Origin: Verrucomicrobiota bacterium
GTDB lineage: Bacteria > Verrucomicrobiota > Verrucomicrobiia > Limisphaerales > UBA8199
DNA: 64,000 bases
NCBI GenBank assembly: GCA_035358715.1
Contig: DAOPPX010000001.1
Span: forward strand, 274,412 to 338,411
Reading direction: 5' to 3'
The translations under genes and the position numbers were made by a program. Below, piece by piece: positions 53,890 to 61,836 of this stretch; within the stretch, counting starts at the first letter, position 1, and every line of letters begins with the position of its first letter. The notes under the pieces are model-generated. The model ran no database searches, was not told the DNA's origin, and saw nothing but the letters and a program-made list of their open reading frames with translations.

Positions 53890-54174
53890 ATGAATACATA
53901 TTCATCAATTACTGAGGGCCACGGCAGCGCCGTGGCGGAACCTGACAACAACGCTGGCCAGAAGTTCTTCGTGAACATCGAAGGCCAGGAATATCCGTGG
54001 GATAAACCCACGATCACCGTCCCGGAAATCCGGCAGCTGGGGAATCTCCCCGCCGACCAGCCGGTAATTGAAGAGGACGCGGAAGGCCGTGAGCGCACGC
54101 TCGCGGAAAACGAAGTGGTAACCATTAAACCCGGCCATCGACACGGCCGCGCACCTAAGTACAAGCGGGGTTAG
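53890..54174 (+). CDS. bilA: ubiquitin-like (multiubiquitin/beta-grasp) protein ending in Gly
   Basis: From the internal ATG: KFFVNIEGQEYPWDKPTITVPEIRQLGNLP..LAENEVVTIKPGHRHGRAPKYKRG*. A C-terminal Gly is immediately followed by the stop codon. Confidence 0.75.
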   Translation: MNTYSSITEGHGSAVAEPDNNAGQKFFVNIEGQEYPWDKPTITVPEIRQLGNLPADQPVIEEDAEGRERTLAENEVVTIKPGHRHGRAPKYKRG

Positions 54175-54176
54175 CT

Positions 54177-54587
54177 ATGCACGAGCGGGTTCGAGAAGAA
54201 ACCGAGTGGCTTAGAGCGCAATTCCCCTACTTGCGGCATGGGGACCAGCTTGACTGGGTCTTAATCCCGGAGCTGGCCCTCCCGCCAGGGCGATTCAATA
54301 AGGTGAGCACCAAGCTGCTGTTCCGAATCCCGGTAGGCTACCCACAGACCGGCCCGGACAACTTTTTTGTGGATGGTGACCTGCGGCTTAAGGACGGTTC
54401 GACTCCGCAGGCGTTCAATGTTGGGCCCCAATCGAGCAGTGGTCCTGCGCCAATCGAAGGAAGTTGGGGCTGGTTTTCATGGCATCCTCAGGCTTGGCGT
54501 CCAGCAGCGACGATCGAAGGTGGCGATAATCTCAAAGGGTTCATTCGGAGTATTAACCTCTGTTTGCGCGGAGAGGAGTCGGCATGA
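54177..54587 (+). CDS. bilB: prokaryotic E2-like protein (E2 family E-like)
   Basis: LLFRIPVGYPQTGPDNFFVD..GSWGWFSWHP. Position between the Ubl and JAB genes. The protein has a single Cys (INLCLRG). Confidence 0.65.
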   Translation: MHERVREETEWLRAQFPYLRHGDQLDWVLIPELALPPGRFNKVSTKLLFRIPVGYPQTGPDNFFVDGDLRLKDGSTPQAFNVGPQSSSGPAPIEGSWGWFSWHPQAWRPAATIEGGDNLKGFIRSINLCLRGEESA

Positions 54588-55132
54588 ACAATCACATTGT
54601 CATCCCTTCCCGCATGGTCCAAGCGTTGAGGGAACACTTCTTCAAGAACGAGCTTGAGCAGGGAGCGTTCTTATTCGCCCAAGTGTCGCAAGAGGGCGTG
54701 GATTTGACTCTCTTGGCTGCCGATTACTATCTGGTTCCTGCACGAGGCTGGGCAGTGCAAATGGAGGTTTACCTGGAAATGAGGGATTCCGAACGCGGCA
54801 AGATCATGAAGTTGGCCCGGGAAAAGAATCTGTGCGCGATTGACTGCCACTCACACCCGCACGCGGGTGACGATGTGTGGTTCTCGCCAAGTGACGTCGT
54901 CGGCATCAGCGATTTTGCGGAGTACGCAAAGTGGAAACTCGACCGCAAGCCTTTCGCGGCGATGGTCTGGGGCGAGGAGTCGGTAGACGCGGTCCTGTGG
55001 CATGGAGATTTCACATCTGCTGAACGGGTAAGGGCCGTGACGGTTGCTGGAAACCCGAATCAGACAATTATCCCAACGGGCTCATGGTTTTGTGGGCCGA
55101 GGGGGAAAAACAGATTTAAATATTATGAATAA
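54584..55132 (+). CDS. bilC: JAB/MPN (JAMM) metalloisopeptidase
   Basis: ELEQGAFLFA (Glu) and CHSHPHAGDDVWFSPSD (HxH..SxxD). ATGA overlap with the E2 gene. Confidence 0.85.
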   Translation: MNNHIVIPSRMVQALREHFFKNELEQGAFLFAQVSQEGVDLTLLAADYYLVPARGWAVQMEVYLEMRDSERGKIMKLAREKNLCAIDCHSHPHAGDDVWFSPSDVVGISDFAEYAKWKLDRKPFAAMVWGEESVDAVLWHGDFTSAERVRAVTVAGNPNQTIIPTGSWFCGPRGKNRFKYYE

Positions 55133-56003
55133 CAGTCGTTTCGCTCGGCAAGTCCTCATGTTTGGTGAGGAAGGACAGAGAAAAATTGAAACAGAAAGGG
55201 TCGGGGTAGTCGGCGCGGGCGGGCTTGGCTCTCAAATGGGCCAGGCGCTCGCGTATGCTGGCGTCCTTAACTATGGCGTAATTGACGACGACGTTCTCGA
55301 CGAAACCAACATGAACCGGGAGGCTGGCGGTTTTCCATCCGATGTCGGCCGTCTCAAAGTTGAGGTCGTGAGAGAACACATCCTCAAGATTATCCCCGAA
55401 GCAAAAGTGAAAGCGATTCCATGCAATCTCAGGACGCGGGAGGCAATTGAGTGTCTGATCGGATGCTCGGCGATTTTTGGATGCCTTGATCACGATGGGC
55501 CTCGGTTGGTGCTAACGGAGCTCGCATCAGCTTACCGGGTTCCGCTTTTCGATGTGGCGACCGAAATTTTTCCGGAAATGGCCGGGCAACCCTTCGACTT
55601 TGGTGGACGTGTCGTCGTGGCAAGGCCGGGAGATTATTGTCTCCTTTGTGCCGACCAACTAGACCGTGATCTCGCGAAGGAGGAGTTGGAAACACCTGAA
55701 ATACGTGCCGCTCGTCTGAAACATGGATACGGGCTCGGGAGTGAAACGCCTGCCCCGGCGGTTTTCACTCTGAATGGGGTTCTCGCGAATCTCGCGGTGA
55801 TGGAGTTCTTGGTGATGGTAACAGGTATCCGGGAGCCCGCCCGCCGGCTGACGTATAAGGGAATGCGAGGCGTGGTGACAAACAGCACCGATCGGGGCAG
55901 GGAAGACTGCTTCACCTGCAAGTGCCTCTGTGGGCAGCGCGAAAAAGCGAACATCTGGCGCTATTTGCTGCCACAGGCAGCCGGGAGGAGTCTGACAGAG
56001 TGA
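55125..56003 (+). CDS. bilD: ThiF/MoeB-type E1-like adenylating enzyme
   Basis: From ATG 55125: RFARQVLMFGEEGQRKIETERVGVVGAGGLGSQMGQALAYAGV..GVIDDDVLDETNMNR. Cys pairs CLLC and CFTCKC. 8-nt overlap with the JAB gene. Confidence 0.85.
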   Translation: MNNSRFARQVLMFGEEGQRKIETERVGVVGAGGLGSQMGQALAYAGVLNYGVIDDDVLDETNMNREAGGFPSDVGRLKVEVVREHILKIIPEAKVKAIPCNLRTREAIECLIGCSAIFGCLDHDGPRLVLTELASAYRVPLFDVATEIFPEMAGQPFDFGGRVVVARPGDYCLLCADQLDRDLAKEELETPEIRAARLKHGYGLGSETPAPAVFTLNGVLANLAVMEFLVMVTGIREPARRLTYKGMRGVVTNSTDRGREDCFTCKCLCGQREKANIWRYLLPQAAGRSLTE

Positions 56004-56078
56004 GAGGTGGCCAGCCCACCGCTTGTTCCACGAAGAAATGGAATCAGCGTCTGGAATCCGTTCGTCTTGCACCGGAAA

Positions 56079-56291
56079 CTAATCGAGACCTTTCAGGTGC
56101 GTGGCTAGTGCGTTGGGACGAGGTAATCGAGCAGTGCGGATGTGCCGCGATTTGCATACTTGTCCAGTCAGGAGGCAGGCCTGAATCTTAGCAGACCATT
56201 GGAGAAGGGGCATAACCTGGGTTACCCGGGCCCTCGAGATTCCTTCCCAGGCAGCGATTCTGGCCTTCGTCAGCCGGGTACCGGATCGCAA
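56079..56291 (-). pseudogene. fragment of a small HTH DNA-binding gene
   Basis: TKARIAAWEGISRARVTQVMPLLQWSAKIQ resembles the ..EGISRARVTQ..LL.L.P.IQ.. HTH proteins often found near recombinases (recalled from memory). The N-terminus appears to be missing. Confidence 0.3.
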
Positions 56292-56305
56292 TCCTGCCTG
56301 CGTGG

Positions 56306-56508
56306 ATGAGATTTGCCGGGAAGCTGCTGCCCGTATCTTATGTGTTCGAAGGGCTGAGAGCGCTTATCGCCGGGGGCGCCGTACCCGGAACCTCGGCTTG
56401 GGCCTGGCCGTGGCGTATGTGCTTTTGGCGTGTTGGTTCTTCACACGCGTTAATCGAAACGCCGTCCGAACCGTCCTCGCGCGCAATAGCGCCGAGAACC
56501 TGAGCTGA
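56306..56508 (+). pseudogene. frameshifted C-terminal remnant of an ABC-2-type transporter permease
   Basis: Frame 1 reads KLLPVSYVFEGLRALIAGG. After a shift near 56390 frame 2 reads LGLGLAVAYVLLACWFFTRV. No upstream part of the gene is present. Confidence 0.35.
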
Positions 56509-56646
56509 GCCCGGACAGTTGCTTTGATGTCGGCCTGGGATCAGCGACTTCGCCTGCCTCGACTGCTTTGACATGCCCCCAACTGGTTTGAATGTGTGAT
56601 GCACAGAGCTTTGGTTTAATATCCCGGTTCGATACATCGTCGCGAA

Positions 56647-57126
56647 ATGAAGAAAACTGAATTGATAAAGCACATTATCGGCAGCCTGACCAAAAGTCTC
56701 GAGGTTCTGGAAAAGGCCGCCCGAGCCTCGCATGAGGAAGCCACCCACGAGAGCAGCAGGGCGGAGAGCAAGTACGACACTCGCGGGCTCGAAGCTGCCT
56801 ATCTCGCCGGCGGTCAGGCCAGACAAGCGAAGGAAATCCTGGACTCCATCAAGGCTTACGAAGCGCTAGCGACCAGGGACTTCGCCCCCGGCGAGCCGAT
56901 TGAGTTGACCGCCCTGGTGGAACTGGATGCCGAAGGCATACATTCAGCCTATTTTATCGGGCCGAGGAACGGCGGCTTGGAAATCAAGCATCGGCGTAAG
57001 GAGATCATGGTGATCACGCCTCAGTCGCCGCTGGGTCAAACCTTAATAGGCAGGAAAGCGGGCCAGCGTTGGGCGGCCAAGCTTGGCGGTTCGACCGTGA
57101 AATATCATATTGTCTCGGTTTCGTGA
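56647..57126 (+). CDS. GreA/GreB-family-like protein (coiled-coil N-domain plus Gre C-terminal-like domain)
   Basis: ESKYDTRGLEAAYLAGGQARQ in the N-terminal hairpin. C-terminal VITPQSPLGQTLIGRKAGQ..VKYHIVSV. Confidence 0.7.
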   Translation: MKKTELIKHIIGSLTKSLEVLEKAARASHEEATHESSRAESKYDTRGLEAAYLAGGQARQAKEILDSIKAYEALATRDFAPGEPIELTALVELDAEGIHSAYFIGPRNGGLEIKHRRKEIMVITPQSPLGQTLIGRKAGQRWAAKLGGSTVKYHIVSVS

Positions 57127-57457
57127 TTAGCCCGCCGCATCGACTAACGCAAAGGTGGCGCGGGTCGCGTAAAACCATGCGCGAGTCAGCGGCGAGGGCG
57201 AGGAATTTGGTTGAGGGTGCTGGCGGTGCACCCGTTTGGCTACCGACCGCCGCGCGGCGGCGGCGCGCGAGATTTGGACCGGACCATTGTTGATCTTAAA
57301 CCACGAGCTTGAACGACCAATGAACTTCACGAGCCACCTGACACGGTCTGAACGCATTGAGAGAATTGGGCAGATTTTGGCGAAGGGCGTAGGCCTCCTT
57401 CTGGCGAGGAAAGCACAGGAAGAAAGACTCGCTGAATCACCTGCCTCAACCCGTGCT

Positions 57458-57557
57458 GCCGATCGGTCGCCTTGCGCTCGGTGACATCCGTGTCGGCGCC
57501 GCGGTAGCCGAGGAGTTTCCCGGCTGGATCCACCACCGGGCTGCCGCTCGGCTCCCC
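57458..57557 (-). pseudogene. about 35-aa remnant of a PAS-domain sensor gene
   Basis: GEPSGSPVVDPAGKLLGYRGADTDVTERKA is the typical end of a PAS domain (..G..G...DITERK). No kinase or output domain follows. Confidence 0.3.
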
Positions 57558-57655
57558 GGGAGGTGGTGCGCGAATCAATCAAACGAAGTGGCCTCTTATG
57601 GTCAGCGCAATCGAATCGGCGTTTCGATTCCTGTCCGCCTTTGCTCAGGGATCCG

Positions 57656-57991
57656 CTATTTGGCGGCCCAGGTAATAATCACCTCCACGATCTTGGGAAC
57701 CAGGAACAGCATAACGGAGCCGCCGAGGTTTTTGCCCATGGCTTCCATGTCGCCTGACTTGAATTTGAGCGCGGCTATACCCATAAATATGATCCCCAAA
57801 AGGTAAAATATGTACAGGGCGTAATGAGTCACGGTGTAAAGCGTGCTCGTTAAGCCCGAACTTTCGTTGGCCGCATCGTTGAAGTTGTCCACGGTCAATC
57901 CACCAGAGGTCTGAGCCAGAGCCAGATGGGGGGTGACCAGTAGCAGAAAGGCGAACAATCCAATCAGAAGTTTTGGCGCCAAGGTTTTCAT
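57656..57991 (-). CDS. VirB2/TrbC-like T4SS pilin
   Basis: From ATG 57991: signal MKTLAPKLLIGLFAFLLLVTPHLALAQ, then two hydrophobic helices separated by KFKSGDMEAMGKN. 111 aa. Confidence 0.55.
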   Translation of the reverse strand: MKTLAPKLLIGLFAFLLLVTPHLALAQTSGGLTVDNFNDAANESSGLTSTLYTVTHYALYIFYLLGIIFMGIAALKFKSGDMEAMGKNLGGSVMLFLVPKIVEVIITWAAK

Positions 57992-58053
57992 ATTGATTTC
58001 GTGCATGCGTTGCTTTGTATTCCGGCCTTCGATAGAGCAAGGCCTGTCTTCTT

Positions 58054-58063
58054 CCATTGTAGG
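58054..58063 (-). promoter_or_regulatory. -10-like motif copy CCTACAATGG
   Basis: Sense orientation, 64 nt upstream of the virB2-like ATG. Confidence 0.45.
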
Positions 58064-58131
58064 TCCCTCGTTCCGTGTTTGTTCGCCTCCGCCTCCGAAA
58101 AACTTCAAACTACTGCAATCGTTCAATTCAA

Positions 58132-58434
58132 CTATATGTGCCCTTGATCCTGCCCGAATTTCTCGGGAAAGAATTGGATGAGGACGCGGCAGAGGGCTCC
58201 CGTGGTGCAATAACAGGAAAAGAAAAGGAATGCGAAGATACGGAGCACAATCCGCAGTTTGGGCGCCTGCAGAACATCGAAGATTTCAGTGACGGCAGGG
58301 TGCCATGCAACCGCGACCCCGGCCAAAAACAGGAGGCTCGCAAAGATGCTCAAGACCACCGCATTGGAAGACGGAAACGGACGGGCGAGCCAATTCATCA
58401 CAGCCACAAGCACTTCTCTCATGGGGTGCGCCAT
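58132..58434 (-). CDS. small polytopic membrane protein (100 aa)
   Basis: Three hydrophobic segments. ATG start overlapping the upstream pilin-like gene by 16 nt. Confidence 0.4.
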   Translation of the reverse strand: MAHPMREVLVAVMNWLARPFPSSNAVVLSIFASLLFLAGVAVAWHPAVTEIFDVLQAPKLRIVLRIFAFLFFSCYCTTGALCRVLIQFFPEKFGQDQGHI

Positions 58435-58748
58435 TGTTGCGTCGCAGCGTCGTAGGCGACGTTTGCCGCAAGGTTCGTGGGGTTGAATTGAAAGTAATAG
58501 TGGCCCCTGGACGCGAGGCTGCTCTGCAACTCGAGGATACGGCCCAAGGTGTCAGTCGCAACTTCCTGAAGTCCCTCCATATCCGCCAGTTGTTGCATCC
58601 GCTGAACGGTTGCCAGGGCGTCGTCCTGGGCGACCTGGTTCGCTTCGTCCTTCAGGCCGGCCACTTTCCAGGCACCTGTGGCGGCCAGGATGAAGACGAC
58701 GGTCAGTACCAGGACCATTTCCACCAGGGTGAACCCTTTACGCTTCAT
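58419..58748 (-). CDS. type IV (prepilin-type) pilin-like protein inside the T4SS gene row
   Basis: MKRKG|FTLVEMVLVLTVVFILAATGAW. Confidence 0.8.
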   Translation of the reverse strand: MKRKGFTLVEMVLVLTVVFILAATGAWKVAGLKDEANQVAQDDALATVQRMQQLADMEGLQEVATDTLGRILELQSSLASRGHYYFQFNPTNLAANVAYDAATQQWRTP

Positions 58749-60915
58749 TCGCTCTTGCCTGCTTGTGCTGCCGGTAATTGTTCACGGCGCTCTTAGCGGC
58801 GAAAGCAGCCAGACCGGGGGCTCCCCCAATCGCCGCCCAGAGCGCGGCCCTGCCAGCGGATTTTCTGTCCGTCACGCCGAAGACTTTCCCCGCGCTCCGG
58901 GCGGCGCTGACCAAGGCGCGTTCCTTGGGGCCGGACGGAACAGGCCCACCACCAGAAATCACGGGGGGTGCGCCTCCGGAGGGGACACTGCTGCTCCCTC
59001 CTCCGACGGTCCCAGCAGCCGCGCTGGCGCCTTTAGCAACAGCTCCAGCGGCAGCGGCTCCTCCCAGTCCAACTGCGGCGATCCCGCCGGTCGCGGCGGC
59101 GGCTGCCAGCATCGCCACCCCCTTGGCAACATTCATTTGCGCCATAAAGAGGTTGCCCCCGCCGAGCATGACCTTGACGATCTTGGGGAGGGCAATAATG
59201 GTGACCAAACCGAAGAGCAGCGGGAGTTGACTTAAGATCAGCGCCATGCCGCCGGTCAGGCCGGCGATGGTCCCAATCCAGGAGGTGAGCGCGCCGAGCA
59301 TCTGCATGATCACAATTAGCATCGCGGGGTAGATCGAGGGGTAGATCATCGTCTTGACGGCGCTCCAAAAGATCTTCGCGGTATTGGGCAGCATGATGAA
59401 GGGGCTGGTCATGATCACCAGGATCACTCCCAGCTTGCACAGTGCGATGCCCAGCATCATCCAGATGAGCATCCCGCCCAGGAGCAGCGCTTGCAGTGCG
59501 CCCTGGGTGAGAAAGGTGGCCACCTTGGCCGGCAGCCAGGACACGATGTTGTAAACCGCGGCGCCGGCCTTGCCGATCCAACTCGTGATGGTGGACCAGA
59601 GCGAACTGCCCGTTCCGGTCGGGCTGCGGCCGCCGGCCGCCTGGGTCACCGTCGCCAATTGCAGCACCGGCGGTTGCTGATACCAGGAACTCCATTGTGC
59701 GGCCTGAGGGTCCAGGGTGTTGTTAGCGAGGTAGGCCCAAGTGGTTGTCCCTCCGGGGATGGTCAAATTGTTGGCGGCGGTATCAATCTGCGACTGGTCT
59801 CCGGCCGTGAGCCCATCGTTATTGTAATAGATCTGGGCGATCGCCAATTTGAAAGCGGCTTCATCGGCATCCACATCGTCCATCCCCATGTTCCGGTGGG
59901 CCTCCAGGTTCTGCATCCCCACGTTGTAAACGGTCATCAGGCAGTACATGGAAGCGGCTTCCTTCAAGGAGGTGCCGCTGATTTGGGGGTCCGTTCCTCC
60001 CGCAGCCGCGTTGTAACCCTGCGAGCCGCCGAGATACTTGGCCAGGATCGTCGCGGTTTGGCTGCCGTTCTCAAACAGGATGTAGCGGGAAACGTTATAC
60101 ATGTCTCGCTGCTCAGAGAAGGCCGTGGCGAGCGCCGCTTTCTCCGGCCCGGTGATGATGGCGTAGCAGTTGCGCGTCAGTTGAGGGCCATAGACCTTCA
60201 GATACCAGTTGTTCAAGCCGTCCTGGCTGACCATGCCGTTGACGATCGCGCCATTGATGCAGGCAGCAATGCCGATGGCTGCTGCCAGCACATAGTTGCA
60301 CAGCACATTGGCCTTGAGCATGCACAGGACGGCGAAGACCCCTCTCCCCAGCCACGACGGGTAATCCAATCGGCCCTCATGCAGTTGGCGAATGAGGGCC
60401 GCCCCCATCGTGACGAGGAGCATGAGGAAAAGAACGTAGTACATCGCTCCGCCGAAGAAGTTGGTAATGTAGATGTCCATGGTCGCAAATACCCGGACCA
60501 GAACCGGAACAATGACATACCCCGACAGCAGTCCAACCTTGGGATCGGTATTGTTGATGTCAACGTCCTTGAGCAGGGGCACGCCGCTGAACATGTTCTT
60601 GATCGAGGACAACGTGGCATTGTCCATCGAAGCGCCGAAAGCGAACAGGGAACGGACCATCAGCCGCTGGGAGGAACCAAACTCGTTGTTTGGATCGCTT
60701 CCAAGCATTCCTTCAAGCGTCGTGTAGTCCCGGTTCGGGTCGAGCGCGAACTGGTCATCCGTAGGCGTATTCATCTGGTATTCCCCCCGGATGATTTGCG
60801 CCACTTCGTTGGCCAGTTCGGGCGTTATGCCTTTATCGCTGGCCTGCAGGGTGGCGGCCAGGCTTGGAACCGCGCAGAGGGAGCCGACAAGCAAGATGGC
60901 TGCGAACCGCTTCAC
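58738..60915 (-). CDS. VirB6/TrbL-like polytopic T4SS membrane protein with Gly/Ala-rich tail
   Basis: Signal peptide, a large periplasmic N-domain, at least 6 hydrophobic helices, then a GGAAAAGAVAKGASAAAGTVGGG tail as in TrbL. GTG start. Confidence 0.7.
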   Translation of the reverse strand: MKRFAAILLVGSLCAVPSLAATLQASDKGITPELANEVAQIIRGEYQMNTPTDDQFALDPNRDYTTLEGMLGSDPNNEFGSSQRLMVRSLFAFGASMDNATLSSIKNMFSGVPLLKDVDINNTDPKVGLLSGYVIVPVLVRVFATMDIYITNFFGGAMYYVLFLMLLVTMGAALIRQLHEGRLDYPSWLGRGVFAVLCMLKANVLCNYVLAAAIGIAACINGAIVNGMVSQDGLNNWYLKVYGPQLTRNCYAIITGPEKAALATAFSEQRDMYNVSRYILFENGSQTATILAKYLGGSQGYNAAAGGTDPQISGTSLKEAASMYCLMTVYNVGMQNLEAHRNMGMDDVDADEAAFKLAIAQIYYNNDGLTAGDQSQIDTAANNLTIPGGTTTWAYLANNTLDPQAAQWSSWYQQPPVLQLATVTQAAGGRSPTGTGSSLWSTITSWIGKAGAAVYNIVSWLPAKVATFLTQGALQALLLGGMLIWMMLGIALCKLGVILVIMTSPFIMLPNTAKIFWSAVKTMIYPSIYPAMLIVIMQMLGALTSWIGTIAGLTGGMALILSQLPLLFGLVTIIALPKIVKVMLGGGNLFMAQMNVAKGVAMLAAAAATGGIAAVGLGGAAAAGAVAKGASAAAGTVGGGSSSVPSGGAPPVISGGGPVPSGPKERALVSAARSAGKVFGVTDRKSAGRAALWAAIGGAPGLAAFAAKSAVNNYRQHKQARANEA

Positions 60916-60917
60916 GG

Positions 60918-61832
60918 CTATTGGTCGAGAATGTTGTTGCGAGCCCGGTCGACTGTTTCCTGGTCGAATTGCTTCTGGGCGGCTTCATTTCTTTTGGCAG
61001 CCCGGAGCGTTTGCCGGCTGTTGATCACCTCGCGCAACTCATTGATCGCCCGAGTCTTCCCTGCCTCTTGGGCGGTGCGCAGACCGGCACGGTCGAGCAT
61101 GGTCCCGTCATTGGTCAGCGCGCCATAGAAGAGCTGGTTCTGCGCCTGGATGTCCTGTGAGTTCTGGCGGGCTTGTTCCGCGCTCAGCATGGCAGCCTGC
61201 GTGAGCGGGTCAATGCGTCCGGTGAGCGTAGGCAGGGCTGGGGCAGGGATTGGCGTTTCATTCAGCCGGACGTGATAAGAACTGTCGCCGTAAGCCTGCT
61301 CATATTCCGCCTCTCGGGTCTGCTGGTCTGCTTTCTCGGTTTCCAGATCCTGGATGGCGGTGATGGCGTCCTCCTGCTGTTCCTGGTTTTTGAGCATGTT
61401 CACCGCCACTTGGCTGCCCGGGTAGATCATGCCGCTGGTCCCTTCGAGCCCGCGGATCAACTGTGCGGTGATCGTGTTGTAGAGCGGGTTATCGATGCAG
61501 CCGAACGAAGTGGGCCAGCACGGAATGTTGGCCCAAGGCGGCGCAATATAGGCCCATAACGCGTAGGCGGCGATGCTGATCAGCGGGATGTCGGTCAGCT
61601 GCATGTTTCCGACCTGCGCCTCGAATATCTGCCGCGCTTGCGAGGTGGAAATGACCGTGGCCAGGGCTGGTTGCTCTTCCAGTTGCGCCCGGTAGCCCGC
61701 AATGGGGGCCAGCATCTCCTGGTTCTGCTGGGGGTTCTGCGCCGTCTGACTTGAGCCCGCGGGCGAGCTGCTTTGAGCCAGGCCAGTGCCGGGCAAGAGC
61801 GCCGATAGGCCTATTGCGATGATTCGTTTCAT
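60918..61832 (-). CDS. secreted hypothetical protein (possible second VirB5-like component)
   Basis: From ATG 61832: MKRIIAIGLSALLPGTGLAQ signal. Gln-rich coiled-coil C-terminus. Confidence 0.5.
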   Translation of the reverse strand: MKRIIAIGLSALLPGTGLAQSSSPAGSSQTAQNPQQNQEMLAPIAGYRAQLEEQPALATVISTSQARQIFEAQVGNMQLTDIPLISIAAYALWAYIAPPWANIPCWPTSFGCIDNPLYNTITAQLIRGLEGTSGMIYPGSQVAVNMLKNQEQQEDAITAIQDLETEKADQQTREAEYEQAYGDSSYHVRLNETPIPAPALPTLTGRIDPLTQAAMLSAEQARQNSQDIQAQNQLFYGALTNDGTMLDRAGLRTAQEAGKTRAINELREVINSRQTLRAAKRNEAAQKQFDQETVDRARNNILDQ

Positions 61833-61836
61833 TTGT

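Larger units (their letters stand above)
43889..57655. other. cargo / defence island inserted between T4SS genes virB4 and the virB2-like gene
   Basis: The flanking genes belong to one co-oriented T4SS set. The interior holds defence-type operons plus three gene fragments. No integrase was seen and the boundaries are approximate. Confidence 0.6.

Noticed and set aside
57319-57484. 55-aa plus-strand ORF MNFTSHLTRSERIERIGQILAKG.. at the right island edge.
   Set aside because: It is short, overlaps the PAS remnant in antisense, and I cannot tie it to a family with confidence.
57613-57630. Hairpin GAATCG-6 nt-CGATTC downstream of the virB2-like gene as a terminator.
   Set aside because: The stem is only 6 bp and AT-containing, and no U-tract follows on the minus strand.
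43889-57655. Clear GC-content drop marking the island.
   Set aside because: Spot counts vary from about 38% (48.12 kb, 53.8 kb intergenic) to about 63% (46.5 kb) inside the island. The backbone is also heterogeneous at about 50-57%. I cannot claim a robust compositional shift without computing it.
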